Notes: generated by a model not told the origin, from the sequence alone. Counted from the stretch's first letter, positions 16,002-26,457 are shown. The stretch is DNA of 51,705 nucleotides from Clostridia bacterium (GCA_024407775.1 JAKSVV010000001.1:1-51705); one strand, 5' to 3'. Translations and numbers: made by a program.

Positions 16002-18313
16002 TTCACACCTCGAATTTTAAAATTTATCATTCCAGAATAATATGTTGTTATTATCTTAGAATTTTTAAACTTATATACATTCTTCTTATTGAAGTTTGTA
16101 ATATTAGCTTTGTTGCCTGATACGATTAAATATTTAGGGGAGACAACTTTTACGAATTCATCAGTTGATGACGTATTAGAGCCGTGATGAGCTACCTTCA
16201 TTAGAAAGACATTCCTTTCTATCTTATTACTATCTATAATAATTTCTTCAGCTTCCTTTTCTATGTCTCCCGTAAATAAAAAATCTTTATCATCAATTTT
16301 CATATTTAAAACCACAGAATAGTTATTAGGTTTAAATTTATAATCATCAATATTAGGTGGTGGATAAATACAATCTATATGTACTCTTCCGAGTTCAAAG
16401 TAAGAATTATTATCTATGGCTATTATAGGAATTTTATACTTTACTGCTTTTTCTTTAAGTTCCTCATAATAATTTCCACTTAAAGTTCCTTGGGGGACAA
16501 GTATCTCGCCTATATCTATAAGGCTTATGAGTTCAATAATTCCTTTAATGTGATCTCTATCTGTATGTGTTACAACACAAACATCAAGTTTAGAAAGACC
16601 TAAATAATTCAAGTAGGGAAATACATTATAATTACCCGTGTCTTTCTCATTATCATTTTTGCCACCACCATCAATCAACAGAGACTTATTTTCTTTTTTA
16701 TCAAAGATTAGGATTGAATCTCCATGATCAACATCAATGAAAGTTACATCTATTTCATTTGGTTTATAAAATATTGAAAATAAAAAAATAATAAGAGATA
16801 AAGCATACAATTTTATATACAAAAGAAATCTTCTTTTATCTCTAATAGTATCTCTTTTCTCTTTAATGATCTTATATAAAATGAAATAACTAACATACCA
16901 AACTATAATGGTAAAAAGTGAAAGTTTACCTGATATGATTTTAAAACCATTTAGTTTTGATAAATAAGTTAGTACTTCTTCATAATACATAAGAATAAGT
17001 GAAATAAGTTTTCCTAAAATAATTGCTAAATTAAAATTAATGTATTTTAAAAATATTAAAATAAAACTTGATATGACTAGAGTACTAGTCAGAGGTAAAA
17101 TAAATATATTTGCAATCATGCTTAGACCTTGAAAATTGTAAAAGTTATAAGTAAGTATAGGTGTCATTAACATGAAAACAGATATTGTACTTGCATAATT
17201 TTTAAATATACCTTTTAATCTTAATTTTGCTTTCATAGATAAAATAGCACTAAACGATAATATAAAACTAACGTTAAATAAATTAGCACTATTAATCATT
17301 AATATAATTAAACAAGCAAGTGATAAACCACTCAGTGAATCATACTCTCTATCAAGGAGTAAACTTATCTCACTAAAAATAGTCATAAGTAATGCTCTTA
17401 TAGTAGAAATATTCATACCCGTGAAAATGGTATACAAAAACAAAATTGAAACCAGACATGTGAATTTAATTTTTTTATTCTTGATAAAATAACTAAGTAT
17501 CTTTTTTAAAAATAAAGAAATTATTCCTATGTGCATACCACTAATTGCTAGTATATGAAATACTCCACCATTCTTATAAAGAGTTTTGGTATCACTATCA
17601 AGCAAACTGCTTTCTCCAGTTATCATTGCTTTAATTATTGAACTATATTTTTCACTAAGAAGTGAGTCGTAAATATTACATATTTTATTTCTAAGTTTAG
17701 ATAAATCAGTAACAATAAAAATATAACCAGGACTAACATTAAGCACCTCGCCAGAAAAATTATAATAAATCCGTTGTGCTCTTTTGTATTCTTTCTCATT
17801 ATAGGAGCCTAAATTTTTAACACTATTTATGTTAGTAAGCATTCCTTTTAATTTAATTTTGTATCCAGCATATATTTCATTGCATAAACTTTTATCAATA
17901 TAAACTTCAACGTTCTCATTAACTGATTTTAATTTTACTTTTGCTTTATAATTTTCTTCACGTGTGGTTATCTTAGTTATAACTCCTTCGTATTCACGTT
18001 TATCATACAGGGTTTGGGTAGAATATGGATTAAAATGATGATTCGAAATATAACTCGAGATAAATCCATACGCAAAGAATATTAAGCATAAAATAATTTT
18101 TTTATAATTAATAAAATCTTTAAAGTTTAAAAGTAATATTTTAAAATTTTTAAATCTTACTTTTTTATCTCTGTCAAATTTATTAATAATCAAAATAAAA
18201 AAATCAGTAATGAACAATATAAAAATAAGTAATATAGTTTCCAATAAATTTAATTTTGTCTCAGAATAAATTCCGCAAATTAAAAATATTAAAATTGCAA
18301 TTATTTCTTTCAT
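15995..18313 (-). CDS. comEC: DNA internalization-related competence protein ComEC/Rec2
   Basis: N-terminal OB-like region, a polytopic competence domain, and a C-terminal metallo-beta-lactamase domain (VTFIDVDHGDS, HTDRDH, VAHHGS). Start trimmed to MKEIIAILIF (ATG at 18311-18313, GGTGA RBS). Confidence 0.9.
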   Translation of the reverse strand: MKEIIAILIFLICGIYSETKLNLLETILLIFILFITDFFILIINKFDRDKKVRFKNFKILLLNFKDFINYKKIILCLIFFAYGFISSYISNHHFNPYSTQTLYDKREYEGVITKITTREENYKAKVKLKSVNENVEVYIDKSLCNEIYAGYKIKLKGMLTNINSVKNLGSYNEKEYKRAQRIYYNFSGEVLNVSPGYIFIVTDLSKLRNKICNIYDSLLSEKYSSIIKAMITGESSLLDSDTKTLYKNGGVFHILAISGMHIGIISLFLKKILSYFIKNKKIKFTCLVSILFLYTIFTGMNISTIRALLMTIFSEISLLLDREYDSLSGLSLACLIILMINSANLFNVSFILSFSAILSMKAKLRLKGIFKNYASTISVFMLMTPILTYNFYNFQGLSMIANIFILPLTSTLVISSFILIFLKYINFNLAIILGKLISLILMYYEEVLTYLSKLNGFKIISGKLSLFTIIVWYVSYFILYKIIKEKRDTIRDKRRFLLYIKLYALSLIIFLFSIFYKPNEIDVTFIDVDHGDSILIFDKKENKSLLIDGGGKNDNEKDTGNYNVFPYLNYLGLSKLDVCVVTHTDRDHIKGIIELISLIDIGEILVPQGTLSGNYYEELKEKAVKYKIPIIAIDNNSYFELGRVHIDCIYPPPNIDDYKFKPNNYSVVLNMKIDDKDFLFTGDIEKEAEEIIIDSNKIERNVFLMKVAHHGSNTSSTDEFVKVVSPKYLIVSGNKANITNFNKKNVYKFKNSKIITTYYSGMINFKIRGVKC

Positions 18314-18329
18314 ACATTCACCGGATGTA

Positions 18330-18358
18330 AATATAGAAAAATTATTTTTTAAATTCAA
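18330..18358 (-). promoter_or_regulatory. Sigma-A-type promoter of the comEC-to-comFC operon
   Basis: The minus strand reads TTGAAT, a 17-nt spacer, then TATATT, about 15 nt upstream of the comEC ATG and downstream of the GH18 terminator. Confidence 0.4.
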
Positions 18359-18467
18359 CCATTTCTTCCCCAAAAGTCGATTTAGAAACCCCAAATGTTT
18401 GTTTTTTTAAAATTTTCGACTTAAGGAAGAACTTTTCTTCCTCTAACCCTACCGTAGGGGAATGAAA

Positions 18468-18510
18468 TCAAAAAAATACCTCGTAAGGCTAATAAAACCG
18501 TACGAGGTAT
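18468..18510 (-). terminator. Rho-independent terminator after the GH18 gene
   Basis: 10-bp stem atacctcgta / tacgaggtat followed by a U-run on the minus strand. Confidence 0.6.
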
Positions 18511-18535
18511 TTCATATTTTAATAAAATAAATTAT

Positions 18536-20296
18536 TTACTTTTTCATATATTCTTCATAAAGTTTCCAGATATCATCATTATCAAAACCTTTCTTCCAAG
18601 ATGCAACTCCAATTAAATTATATTTAGTAGCTAAATCTAATCTTTGTTTAATTGATGTTTGATCTTCAAGCCAAATTTTAAATATTGAATTATCTTTTGT
18701 ATATTCTCCGAAGTTTTGTTTTGTTTCTTCATCAAAAATAATTTTAGCTTTATTTTCTTTTAAATCATTCATAGCATTATCCATACCAAATGATTTTTGA
18801 TTTATTACTTTATTCTTTTTATCAACTTCCCATCTTCTTGTATAAAGTGGAATACCTAAAACTAATTTATTATTATCAACTTCTTTTAATGTTTCTTTTA
18901 TTCCTCTTTCAACCCAAGGTAAAGATCCAACTGATCCAGCTTCAGGACATGTTGACCAATGTTCATCATAAGCCATAAGACAGAAGTAATCAACATACTC
19001 ACTTACAACTTTTCTATTATAGAATGATGTACCTTGACTTGGCATATACATATCAAGTGAAAGTTCTAAATCATTTAAATTACAGAATACACTAAGTTCA
19101 CGAATATATTGAACATAGTATGGTCCAGTTTTTGATTTAATACTTTCTATATCAACATTAATTCCATCAATACCATATTTCTTACAGTAACTCATCATTT
19201 GTTTAATACTATTTTCTCTCGATACTGCATTTGATAACATATCATGAGATAATGAGCTATCACTAAATGGATTAGTAACAAGTGCCCAAATTTTATAATT
19301 ATTTTTATGAGCCCATTTAACTATATCATTATCAATCTTTTCTCTAATGTTACCGTCTTTATCATTAATTTCAAACCAAGTAAAACACATATGTGTCATA
19401 CCAGGAACTTTTTTAAGTGTATTAGTTTTTGGATTAGATGATTTACTATTAACTTGATACCATACGATATCAATTTTATTTTTTACATTCTCTTTATCAT
19501 CAAGCATTTCATCATTAGATAATAAAACTTTTTCATTACCATATGTTAAACCCGAATTAAGTTCTATATCACTTGATGCTTCATTAGTTATACTTTCTTT
19601 ATAGCTAAGTAAATTTGATTTTATAAAACCAGATTCGCCATTACTATTTACTATACGTGACCATGTTCCATCATCACTATATCTAGTAACTTCACTGCCT
19701 AAAATAACATTACCAACGATGCTAGATTTAATTGTAGATGTTTCTCTCATAACATCATCAGCATTAACTAAACATATATCTCTTTTAACATTAGCAAGAT
19801 CCATTAATAAAATATTGTAATCACTAATATAATTAAAAGTAATACCATATAGTTCTTTAAGTAATGACATAGGTAAATACATCATACCATCTTTTTCAAT
19901 AGGACATGCATTTCCTTTTTTAACTTTGCCATTTAAAACAAATTTTATTTCATCTTTTTCATATCTAATATATGTAGTTTTATTTGCACATATTACATAG
20001 TTATCATTTTGTATAATTGTATCATCAACATATTTAGTAAGAATAAAAACAGGAAGCATGACTTCTCCATTTTCATAAATAATAGGAGAACCTTCTCTTA
20101 CTATCTCACCATTAATTAATAATCCAGAGTTGCCACTAACAAGTTCAGGCATTCTTTCATATATTGATAATATATCAAAACTCGGAAGAAATATTTGCAT
20201 CATAACCCATATAAAAATAAAAGATGCAATAATATCACCGATTAATTTTCTATAATTAATCTTCTTCGTCCTCTTCTTCGCACGCATCTTGATCAA
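18536..20296 (-). CDS. Membrane-anchored glycoside hydrolase family 18 protein (YaaH/YdhD-like peptidoglycan or chitin hydrolase)
   Basis: GH18 catalytic motif DGINVDIE. N-terminal TM anchor, a copper-amine-oxidase-N-like stretch and an SH3-like segment (GSEVTRYSDDGTWSRIVNSNGESGFIKSNLL). TTG at 20296 or ATG at 20287. Confidence 0.8.
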   Translation of the reverse strand: MIKMRAKKRTKKINYRKLIGDIIASFIFIWVMMQIFLPSFDILSIYERMPELVSGNSGLLINGEIVREGSPIIYENGEVMLPVFILTKYVDDTIIQNDNYVICANKTTYIRYEKDEIKFVLNGKVKKGNACPIEKDGMMYLPMSLLKELYGITFNYISDYNILLMDLANVKRDICLVNADDVMRETSTIKSSIVGNVILGSEVTRYSDDGTWSRIVNSNGESGFIKSNLLSYKESITNEASSDIELNSGLTYGNEKVLLSNDEMLDDKENVKNKIDIVWYQVNSKSSNPKTNTLKKVPGMTHMCFTWFEINDKDGNIREKIDNDIVKWAHKNNYKIWALVTNPFSDSSLSHDMLSNAVSRENSIKQMMSYCKKYGIDGINVDIESIKSKTGPYYVQYIRELSVFCNLNDLELSLDMYMPSQGTSFYNRKVVSEYVDYFCLMAYDEHWSTCPEAGSVGSLPWVERGIKETLKEVDNNKLVLGIPLYTRRWEVDKKNKVINQKSFGMDNAMNDLKENKAKIIFDEETKQNFGEYTKDNSIFKIWLEDQTSIKQRLDLATKYNLIGVASWKKGFDNDDIWKLYEEYMKK

Positions 20297-20894
20297 GTAC
20301 CCCCTCTATTACATTCCATAATTCTTCAACACCAATTTTCTTTGTACTAGAAAATGTTAAAAGTATTTCACCTTTTTTAAGTTCTAATTTCTTTTTAATC
20401 ATAGAGATATTTTTAGTAGCTTCATTATTAGATAATTTATCTCTCTTAGTTAAAACTATAACAGGTTTGTAATGTAACTTACGAATAAAATCAAGCATCA
20501 TTAAATCATTAGCACTTGGTTCATGACGTATATCAATAAGTAATACTATCATAGCAAGTTGTGGTGCTTCTTTTAAATAAGTATCAATAAGACCACTAAA
20601 TCCCATCATAGTATGTTTACCAGTTTTAGTGTAACCATAACCAGGAAGGTCAGCAAGATATAATTTTTTATCAACATTATAAAAATTTATAGTTTGTGTT
20701 TTACCTGGTGTAGAACTAGTTCTAGCAAAATTAATTCTGTTAAGTAATGCATTAATTAAACTTGATTTACCTACATTACTTTTTCCTGCAAGAGCAACTT
20801 GAGGAAGATCAGTATTAGGAACTTGCTTCATACTAGCTGCAGATATTTCCATTGTAACGTTGTGTCTATTAACTAAACTTTCTTCTCCAAACAT
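20256..20894 (-). CDS. engB: Ribosome biogenesis GTPase EngB/YsxC
   Basis: G1 motif GKSNVGKSSLINAL, G3 motif DLPGYG, G4 motif TKRDK. The acidic tail overlaps the GH18 start. Confidence 0.9.
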   Translation of the reverse strand: MFGEESLVNRHNVTMEISAASMKQVPNTDLPQVALAGKSNVGKSSLINALLNRINFARTSSTPGKTQTINFYNVDKKLYLADLPGYGYTKTGKHTMMGFSGLIDTYLKEAPQLAMIVLLIDIRHEPSANDLMMLDFIRKLHYKPVIVLTKRDKLSNNEATKNISMIKKKLELKKGEILLTFSSTKKIGVEELWNVIEGVLDQDACEEEDEED

Positions 20895-21062
20895 AATTCT
20901 TTCTCCATATATATTTTTTGTTTTTTAAATTTTATTTTTTAAATTTTTTTAAATTTTATTTTTTCTTATTAAAATAATTATATAAAAATCATTTTTATAA
21001 TCAACATAATATATTTTAAATCTACTTATTATATATACTATATAATAAGTAGGAAAAATAAT

Positions 21063-21094
21063 CAAGAAAAAACGCGCCATAAAAGACGCGTTTT
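21063..21094 (-). terminator. Rho-independent terminator after the nucleotidyltransferase gene
   Basis: Stem aaaacgcg / cgcgtttt followed by a U tract on the minus strand. Confidence 0.6.
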
Positions 21095-21098
21095 AATC

Positions 21099-22007
21099 TT
21101 AATCCCAAAGAGCTTTTGGATACTCTTTTTGATCAATAAAAGTACTAATTGTTTGTTTTAAGCTAGGCAAGTCTTCCTTAAATGTTACACCAGTCCAAAG
21201 ACCAGTTGTAGTTACGTTTTTTAATTTCAAGTCACCACTAGCAAGATAACGTTTTGCAGTATCAGGAACTAGTGACTCACCCTTTGTAAGAACTTCTTCT
21301 GATTGATGAATAAATTCATCAAAATCTTTTTCAAGTAAATCTAAGAATCCTTCCTTAAAACAGAACAAGTTCATTGAAACAGGATGATTCTTAGGAACAA
21401 AGAAAGCACTTTGTCCGTTAAGAGGTTCACAGTGTGCATTATCTCCGTCAATCTCAACTTTTGATTCAGTAAGATTTACGATATAATCATTTTTAACATC
21501 AAGAACTGCTCTTTTAACAGCACCATATTTGCTGCTAGTAATATCAAAAGGATATGCAATAACTGCACCTTCTTTTTCATCTGTAGAATTCTTTAAGAAC
21601 TCAGCAGCTTTAATGTAAGCATCTCTTCCATAAAAATCATCAGCATTTATAATTGCAAAAGGTCCGTCAATTTGATCTTTAGCGCAAAGGATTGCATGTG
21701 TTGTACCCCAAGGTTTTGTTCTATCAGCTGGAACTGTTGCATCATTAGGCACAAAGAAGCTAAGGTCTTGATAAGCATAAGATACTTTAATCTTATTTCT
21801 TAAATTCTTAGTGATTGTATTATCAAACACATCCTTATGTTCCTTTTTAATAATAAAAACAACCTTTGAAAATCCCGCTTTAATAGCATCATAAACACTG
21901 TAGTCTATAATAAACTCACCATTAGGTCCAACAGGCATGATTTGTTTTGGTCCACCAAAACGTGACCCCATTCCTGCGGCCATTACAACTAAAGTTAATT
22001 CTTTCAT
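21099..22007 (-). CDS. Sugar-phosphate nucleotidyltransferase family protein
   Basis: N-terminal signature VVMAAGMGSRFGGPKQ (GxGxRxxxxxK), with a Rossmann-like GT-A fold pattern. Confidence 0.75.
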   Translation of the reverse strand: MKELTLVVMAAGMGSRFGGPKQIMPVGPNGEFIIDYSVYDAIKAGFSKVVFIIKKEHKDVFDNTITKNLRNKIKVSYAYQDLSFFVPNDATVPADRTKPWGTTHAILCAKDQIDGPFAIINADDFYGRDAYIKAAEFLKNSTDEKEGAVIAYPFDITSSKYGAVKRAVLDVKNDYIVNLTESKVEIDGDNAHCEPLNGQSAFFVPKNHPVSMNLFCFKEGFLDLLEKDFDEFIHQSEEVLTKGESLVPDTAKRYLASGDLKLKNVTTTGLWTGVTFKEDLPSLKQTISTFIDQKEYPKALWD

Positions 22008-22231
22008 ATAAATTGCCTCCTATTTCAAAAACTAAAAGACTTATGATTAGTCCAAACGATTAGTATTGTAGTTGCATTATATCAATCTTCTAGTTTTATA
22101 TCAAGTGTAAAATAGTAAATTTTCAATATAATAATTCACTAATTTTTTACACCAAAAAAATATATCGACAATATAAACCAAAACATAATCAAATAATAAA
22201 AATAATAGACAAAAATATTTAAAAATTTTCA

Positions 22232-22266
22232 TAAAAAAAGAGCATCTATGTTACGCTATAGATGCT
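22232..22266 (-). terminator. Rho-independent terminator after flgE
   Basis: 9-bp stem agcatctat / atagatgct followed by a run of seven U on the minus strand. Confidence 0.7.
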
Positions 22267-22319
22267 ACTTTTTACATAATCTTATATATTAAGGATATAT
22301 TAGTTATGGCCTACATTAA

Positions 22320-23894
22320 TTATCTCTTAAGGTTAACAAGTTCTTCAAGTAATGTATCTGATGTTGTGATAATTCTTGAGTTAGCTTGGAATCCTCTTTG
22401 AGTTGTGATCATTTCTGTGAACTCTGTTGATAAGTCTACGTTAGACATTTCTAGAGTACCAGCGTTTAATGATCCTACACTTGTTGGGTCAACCCCGATA
22501 CCATCGAAGTCACCTGAGTTAAGTGTTGATTGATATAAGTTACCACCAACTTTTTCAAGCCCTGCTGAGTTTGAGAAAGTTGCAAGTGATATTTGTCCTA
22601 AAATTTTAGTTTGTCCATTTGAGTACTTAGCTGAGATGATACCATCTGAACCAATTGAGTATGAACTCATAGTACCAGGTTTGTTACCATCATAAGTACT
22701 ACTTGCAGTTGTTGAACTGTTGTATTGTGTTAAATCATTTAATGATAATGTGATAACATTAATAGTTGCATCACCAACATCACCTGTACCAACATTAGAT
22801 ACAATACCTCTTATTGGTGGTTCTGTTCCTTTACCAAAGTTTAATTTAATACCTGTAATTCCAGCACCAACATTTTTATCTAAGTTTCCTGAAGCATCAA
22901 ATTTGAATACTGCAGGGAAACCAGCAGCTGTATTACCAGCATCACTTAATTTTGAAAGTAATGTTGCTAGTGGTACTTCACCAGTTTCATCAGCTACATC
23001 AGCTTTAGTTAAACCACTTTGTGTTACATAAGCATCAGATGCATATACTCTTTCACCTTCAGCATTTGTTACATCACTAATTCCAAGTGATACCCAGAAT
23101 GGATATGCAACATCTCCAGTTACTCCTGCACCTTTATTTACATTTGCCATTGTAATATCATATGTTTTAACTCCAGTTGGTAAACCTGTTGGGTAACCAT
23201 CAACTGTTAATTTTACATCGTGGTTATCATTATATTTATCAACTGCAGCTTGTGAGTCTATATAATAGAAATTTTGTTTTACTGTATATTCGTTACCTAA
23301 GCTATCGAAGATTGTAGATAGTTGTGTAACACCTGTTGCTTCAGTAGATCCGTCATCAATATTTAAGTTCTTTGCAAAATTAATTTTTGTTGTTTTACTA
23401 GCTGGAACTGAGTAAGTTTCATTTGCAACCATTGCTAATTTTTCTACTGGAGTTTTTGCAATGTTACCATCTTTATCTGCTGTCCATCCACATACATAGT
23501 AACCATTTGATGTTACTAAGTATCCATTAACATCTATTTTAAAAGATCCGTCTCTTGTAAATTTATATCCATTACCATCGTTAACAATGAAGAATCCATC
23601 TCCTTCAATTTTTAAATCTAGTTCGTTATCAGTTCTTTGTGCAGCACCTTCACCCATTAGGATATCGATACTACCAACAGTAGATCCTAAACCGATTTGT
23701 TTAGAGTTTGTACCTCCGACTTCTTCATTACCTGCAGAAGCCCCTGATAATTTTTGTGAGAATACATCAGTAAATGTAACTCTACTTGATTTAAATGCTG
23801 TTGTGTTAACGTTAGCTATATTATTACCGATTACGTCCATCTTTGTTTGGTGAACTGTTAATCCTGAAATCCCTGAATATAATGATCTCATCAT
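22320..23894 (-). CDS. flgE: Flagellar hook protein FlgE
   Basis: N-terminus MRSLYSGISGLTVHQTKMDVIGNNIANVNTTAFK and C-terminus MITTQRGFQANSRIITTSDTLLEELVNL are rod/hook family signatures. Confidence 0.95.
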   Translation of the reverse strand: MMRSLYSGISGLTVHQTKMDVIGNNIANVNTTAFKSSRVTFTDVFSQKLSGASAGNEEVGGTNSKQIGLGSTVGSIDILMGEGAAQRTDNELDLKIEGDGFFIVNDGNGYKFTRDGSFKIDVNGYLVTSNGYYVCGWTADKDGNIAKTPVEKLAMVANETYSVPASKTTKINFAKNLNIDDGSTEATGVTQLSTIFDSLGNEYTVKQNFYYIDSQAAVDKYNDNHDVKLTVDGYPTGLPTGVKTYDITMANVNKGAGVTGDVAYPFWVSLGISDVTNAEGERVYASDAYVTQSGLTKADVADETGEVPLATLLSKLSDAGNTAAGFPAVFKFDASGNLDKNVGAGITGIKLNFGKGTEPPIRGIVSNVGTGDVGDATINVITLSLNDLTQYNSSTTASSTYDGNKPGTMSSYSIGSDGIISAKYSNGQTKILGQISLATFSNSAGLEKVGGNLYQSTLNSGDFDGIGVDPTSVGSLNAGTLEMSNVDLSTEFTEMITTQRGFQANSRIITTSDTLLEELVNLKR

Positions 23895-24008
23895 AGTTTG
23901 TACCTATCCTCCAATTTCTACTTTTTTATTTCTTAATATCACTCAATCTAATTTCAATTTAATTATCAAAATTTATATTTTATAACTTTTACTTTTTATT
24001 TATATTTT

Positions 24009-24773
24009 TTATTCCGTCACATCACTAAGTTCGTTTTCAATATTTTCTGCTTCTTCATTAGTAGCAGTTAATACTTCATATAATTGTTTTACATATTGAA
24101 GTATATCTTCTTCGGCTGGAATCATTTCAGTTACATTTTCAATTTCGCCAAGTGTAACATCACGTTTTTCACCAGTTACAGCATCATATGCTTCAAGATG
24201 AATTTCTCCATCAGTAACATTTACGCTATTGATTAATGCTTTCCATGTGTTTTGATATCCGCTTTCAAAAATTTCTGTTCCTGAAACAATCTTTCCAATT
24301 AATGAGTTTGCATAAGATAATTTTGTATAATCTAAAACTCCATTTGATGTTGTTTCATCATTAACAACTGATTGTACTTTTCCAAGTTCGATGTCTTTAT
24401 CTCCAACAAGTAAATATACTTCGCCAGAAATAACTTTTGTTCCATCAACTTTTCCAATCACGCTGTTACCATCAGCATCAGTTGCACTAATAATCTTACC
24501 AATCATTCCAGTTGCTTCATTCATCTCATTAGCAAATCCTAAGTTTTCCATAATTTCTAGTGTAGTAAATTGTGCCATTTGTGATAAGAATTCTGAGTTG
24601 TCTTGTGGATCAAGTGGATCTTGATATTGCATTTGTGTAACTAATAAGTTTAAGAAAATATCTTTATCAGATGTTCTTGCTTCTTCAGCTTGAACTTGTG
24701 TAGTTGTTTGACCATATTTTTTAATATAATCATCCATAGTCACGTTACCATTAACATTACTTACGCCGCTCAT
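24009..24773 (-). CDS. flgD: Flagellar hook capping/assembly protein FlgD
   Basis: FlgD motif [37 protein letters not shown]. Confidence 0.9.
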   Translation of the reverse strand: MSGVSNVNGNVTMDDYIKKYGQTTTQVQAEEARTSDKDIFLNLLVTQMQYQDPLDPQDNSEFLSQMAQFTTLEIMENLGFANEMNEATGMIGKIISATDADGNSVIGKVDGTKVISGEVYLLVGDKDIELGKVQSVVNDETTSNGVLDYTKLSYANSLIGKIVSGTEIFESGYQNTWKALINSVNVTDGEIHLEAYDAVTGEKRDVTLGEIENVTEMIPAEEDILQYVKQLYEVLTATNEEAENIENELSDVTE

Positions 24774-24802
24774 TATCGGGCCTCCTTAAAAAATTTCTTT
24801 AT

Positions 24803-26422
24803 CTAAGCTATGTAGTTTAATTGACTCTTTGTCATATATAAACCACGTCTTCTTAATTCACTATTATTTATTTCGGCAGTTGTATTAAAAATCTTTATAC
24901 CTTTGCCAAGAATTTTATGAGGATTTTTTCCTTGAGCTATTTTTCTAATTTCATCTAAATTTCTTTCATTATTTTGGTTATTCATATTTTGACCAACACT
25001 AACGCTAAGACCTGTCACTTCAACTCCTCTCTTTTCAAGAGATTCTTTAAGCAAGCTTAGGTTAGATTCAATTATTTCTTTTACCTTTTGATTTTCTGCT
25101 TCAAATTTAGCTTGAACTAAACCATTTTCAGCAACAATCTTTAAGTTAACTTTACCTAAATTTTCAGGATCAAGTTTGATATTCATTTCTTGAACACCTT
25201 CAGAAATATTTAATTCAACATGTTTAACCATTTGTTTTGTAACATTAATTGTTTCAATAAATCTATCAGTAACACTGTTACTCATAAGATTTTCATCTAT
25301 AACATCAGATAAATCTTCTGGAATTATATTTTCATTTGAAACTTTACTAATGTTAAATTCATTCTTTGGTTTTGTTTCAAGTACTCTATCTTGTTTTACT
25401 CCTTTATGATCTTTTTTAATTTCTTTGTGATCAATTTCTTCATCACTATCGATATTGTTGTCTACAACTTTATCAACTTTTTCATCACTAATAGAAGTAT
25501 CTTCATCAAGAGATACTTTTTCATCTATAATAACTATTTCGTTATCTTCTTTTATATCTTTAGTTGTATCAATTATTTCTTCTGAAACTTCTGATACTAC
25601 TTCTTCAGTTTTAACTTCTTTAACATTTTTAACAACATTAACTTCATCAATCATTTCATTGATTACATCTTTTAAAATATTAAAGTTGTTATCATCTTTT
25701 TCTTCTATAGGAGCTTCTACTTCTAAAACATTTTCTTCATTAATAATAGGAAGTTCTTCTAAAGAATTTTCTTCTTCGTTATCCATTGTAAAAATATTTA
25801 CAAGTTTAACTTGTTTATTAACTTCATCTAACGTGAAATCTAAACTAACATCAATTAATTTTTCAAAATCAAAATTTTGATCTTCATTTAATAAATTGAT
25901 ATCAACATTTAAATTATTATCAGATATAAATGTTTCCAAATTAGTTTTTAATAAATCCAAATTATCTAAATTAATTTCAAATGTACCATCTTCATTTTCA
26001 GTAAAATATATTTTCATATCTTCTGGTTTTTCTTGAAGCATTTGAAGTAATGCACCAAGTGCTTCAATAGATGCATCATTTATTTTTTCTTTATCATCAT
26101 CTATATCTTCACTTATTTCATTAATAACATTTGTATCTTCAATTTTATCTTCGATAGTACTTACTACTTTAGTATCATCAGTTTTATCAAGAGCTAAATC
26201 TTTATCAGTAGTTTTATCTATAGTGTCATTTTTTGAAACAACATTTTCATTTTTAATAACATCAACGTTATTAGATTTATTTGATTCATCAATTTTATTT
26301 ATTAAGTTATCAAACATACCACTGAATTCTTTGTTTTGTGCTTTAGAACTCATTAGTTTATTTGTAACATCACTAGCACTATTAGCGCCTTGAGTCATTT
26401 CAAATAATATATTTAAGTCCAT
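24803..26422 (-). CDS. fliK: Flagellar hook-length control protein FliK
   Basis: Acidic low-complexity ruler region plus a C-terminal Flg_hook-like domain (MNIKLDPENLGKVNLKIVAENGLVQAKFEAENQKVKEII). Start trimmed to MDLNILFEM (ATG at 26420-26422 after AAAGGAGGAA). Confidence 0.8.
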   Translation of the reverse strand: MDLNILFEMTQGANSASDVTNKLMSSKAQNKEFSGMFDNLINKIDESNKSNNVDVIKNENVVSKNDTIDKTTDKDLALDKTDDTKVVSTIEDKIEDTNVINEISEDIDDDKEKINDASIEALGALLQMLQEKPEDMKIYFTENEDGTFEINLDNLDLLKTNLETFISDNNLNVDINLLNEDQNFDFEKLIDVSLDFTLDEVNKQVKLVNIFTMDNEEENSLEELPIINEENVLEVEAPIEEKDDNNFNILKDVINEMIDEVNVVKNVKEVKTEEVVSEVSEEIIDTTKDIKEDNEIVIIDEKVSLDEDTSISDEKVDKVVDNNIDSDEEIDHKEIKKDHKGVKQDRVLETKPKNEFNISKVSNENIIPEDLSDVIDENLMSNSVTDRFIETINVTKQMVKHVELNISEGVQEMNIKLDPENLGKVNLKIVAENGLVQAKFEAENQKVKEIIESNLSLLKESLEKRGVEVTGLSVSVGQNMNNQNNERNLDEIRKIAQGKNPHKILGKGIKIFNTTAEINNSELRRRGLYMTKSQLNYIA

Positions 26423-26457
26423 AGATTCCTCCTTTCTCAAAATTTAGTCCTAACTCT

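Noticed and set aside
20921-20975. Short AT-rich direct repeats (taaattttatttttt, two copies), with similar atttaaaatt repeats at 31403-31468. I considered them as a possible CRISPR or minisatellite.
   Set aside because: There are only two or three short, low-complexity copies with no unique spacers and no cas genes, so this is ordinary AT-rich spacer slippage.
22720-23853. Plus-strand ORFs 22720-23031 and 23587-23853, opposite flgE.
   Set aside because: They are antisense to flgE, with the Pro/Ser/Leu-rich shadow composition expected from Gly/Thr/Asn-rich flgE codons.
25391-25880. Plus-strand ORFs opposite fliK (64 aa and 141 aa, Ser/Phe/Ile-rich).
   Set aside because: They are the complement of the acidic, Lys/Asn/Glu/Asp-rich FliK ruler region, where low complexity keeps the antisense frames open.
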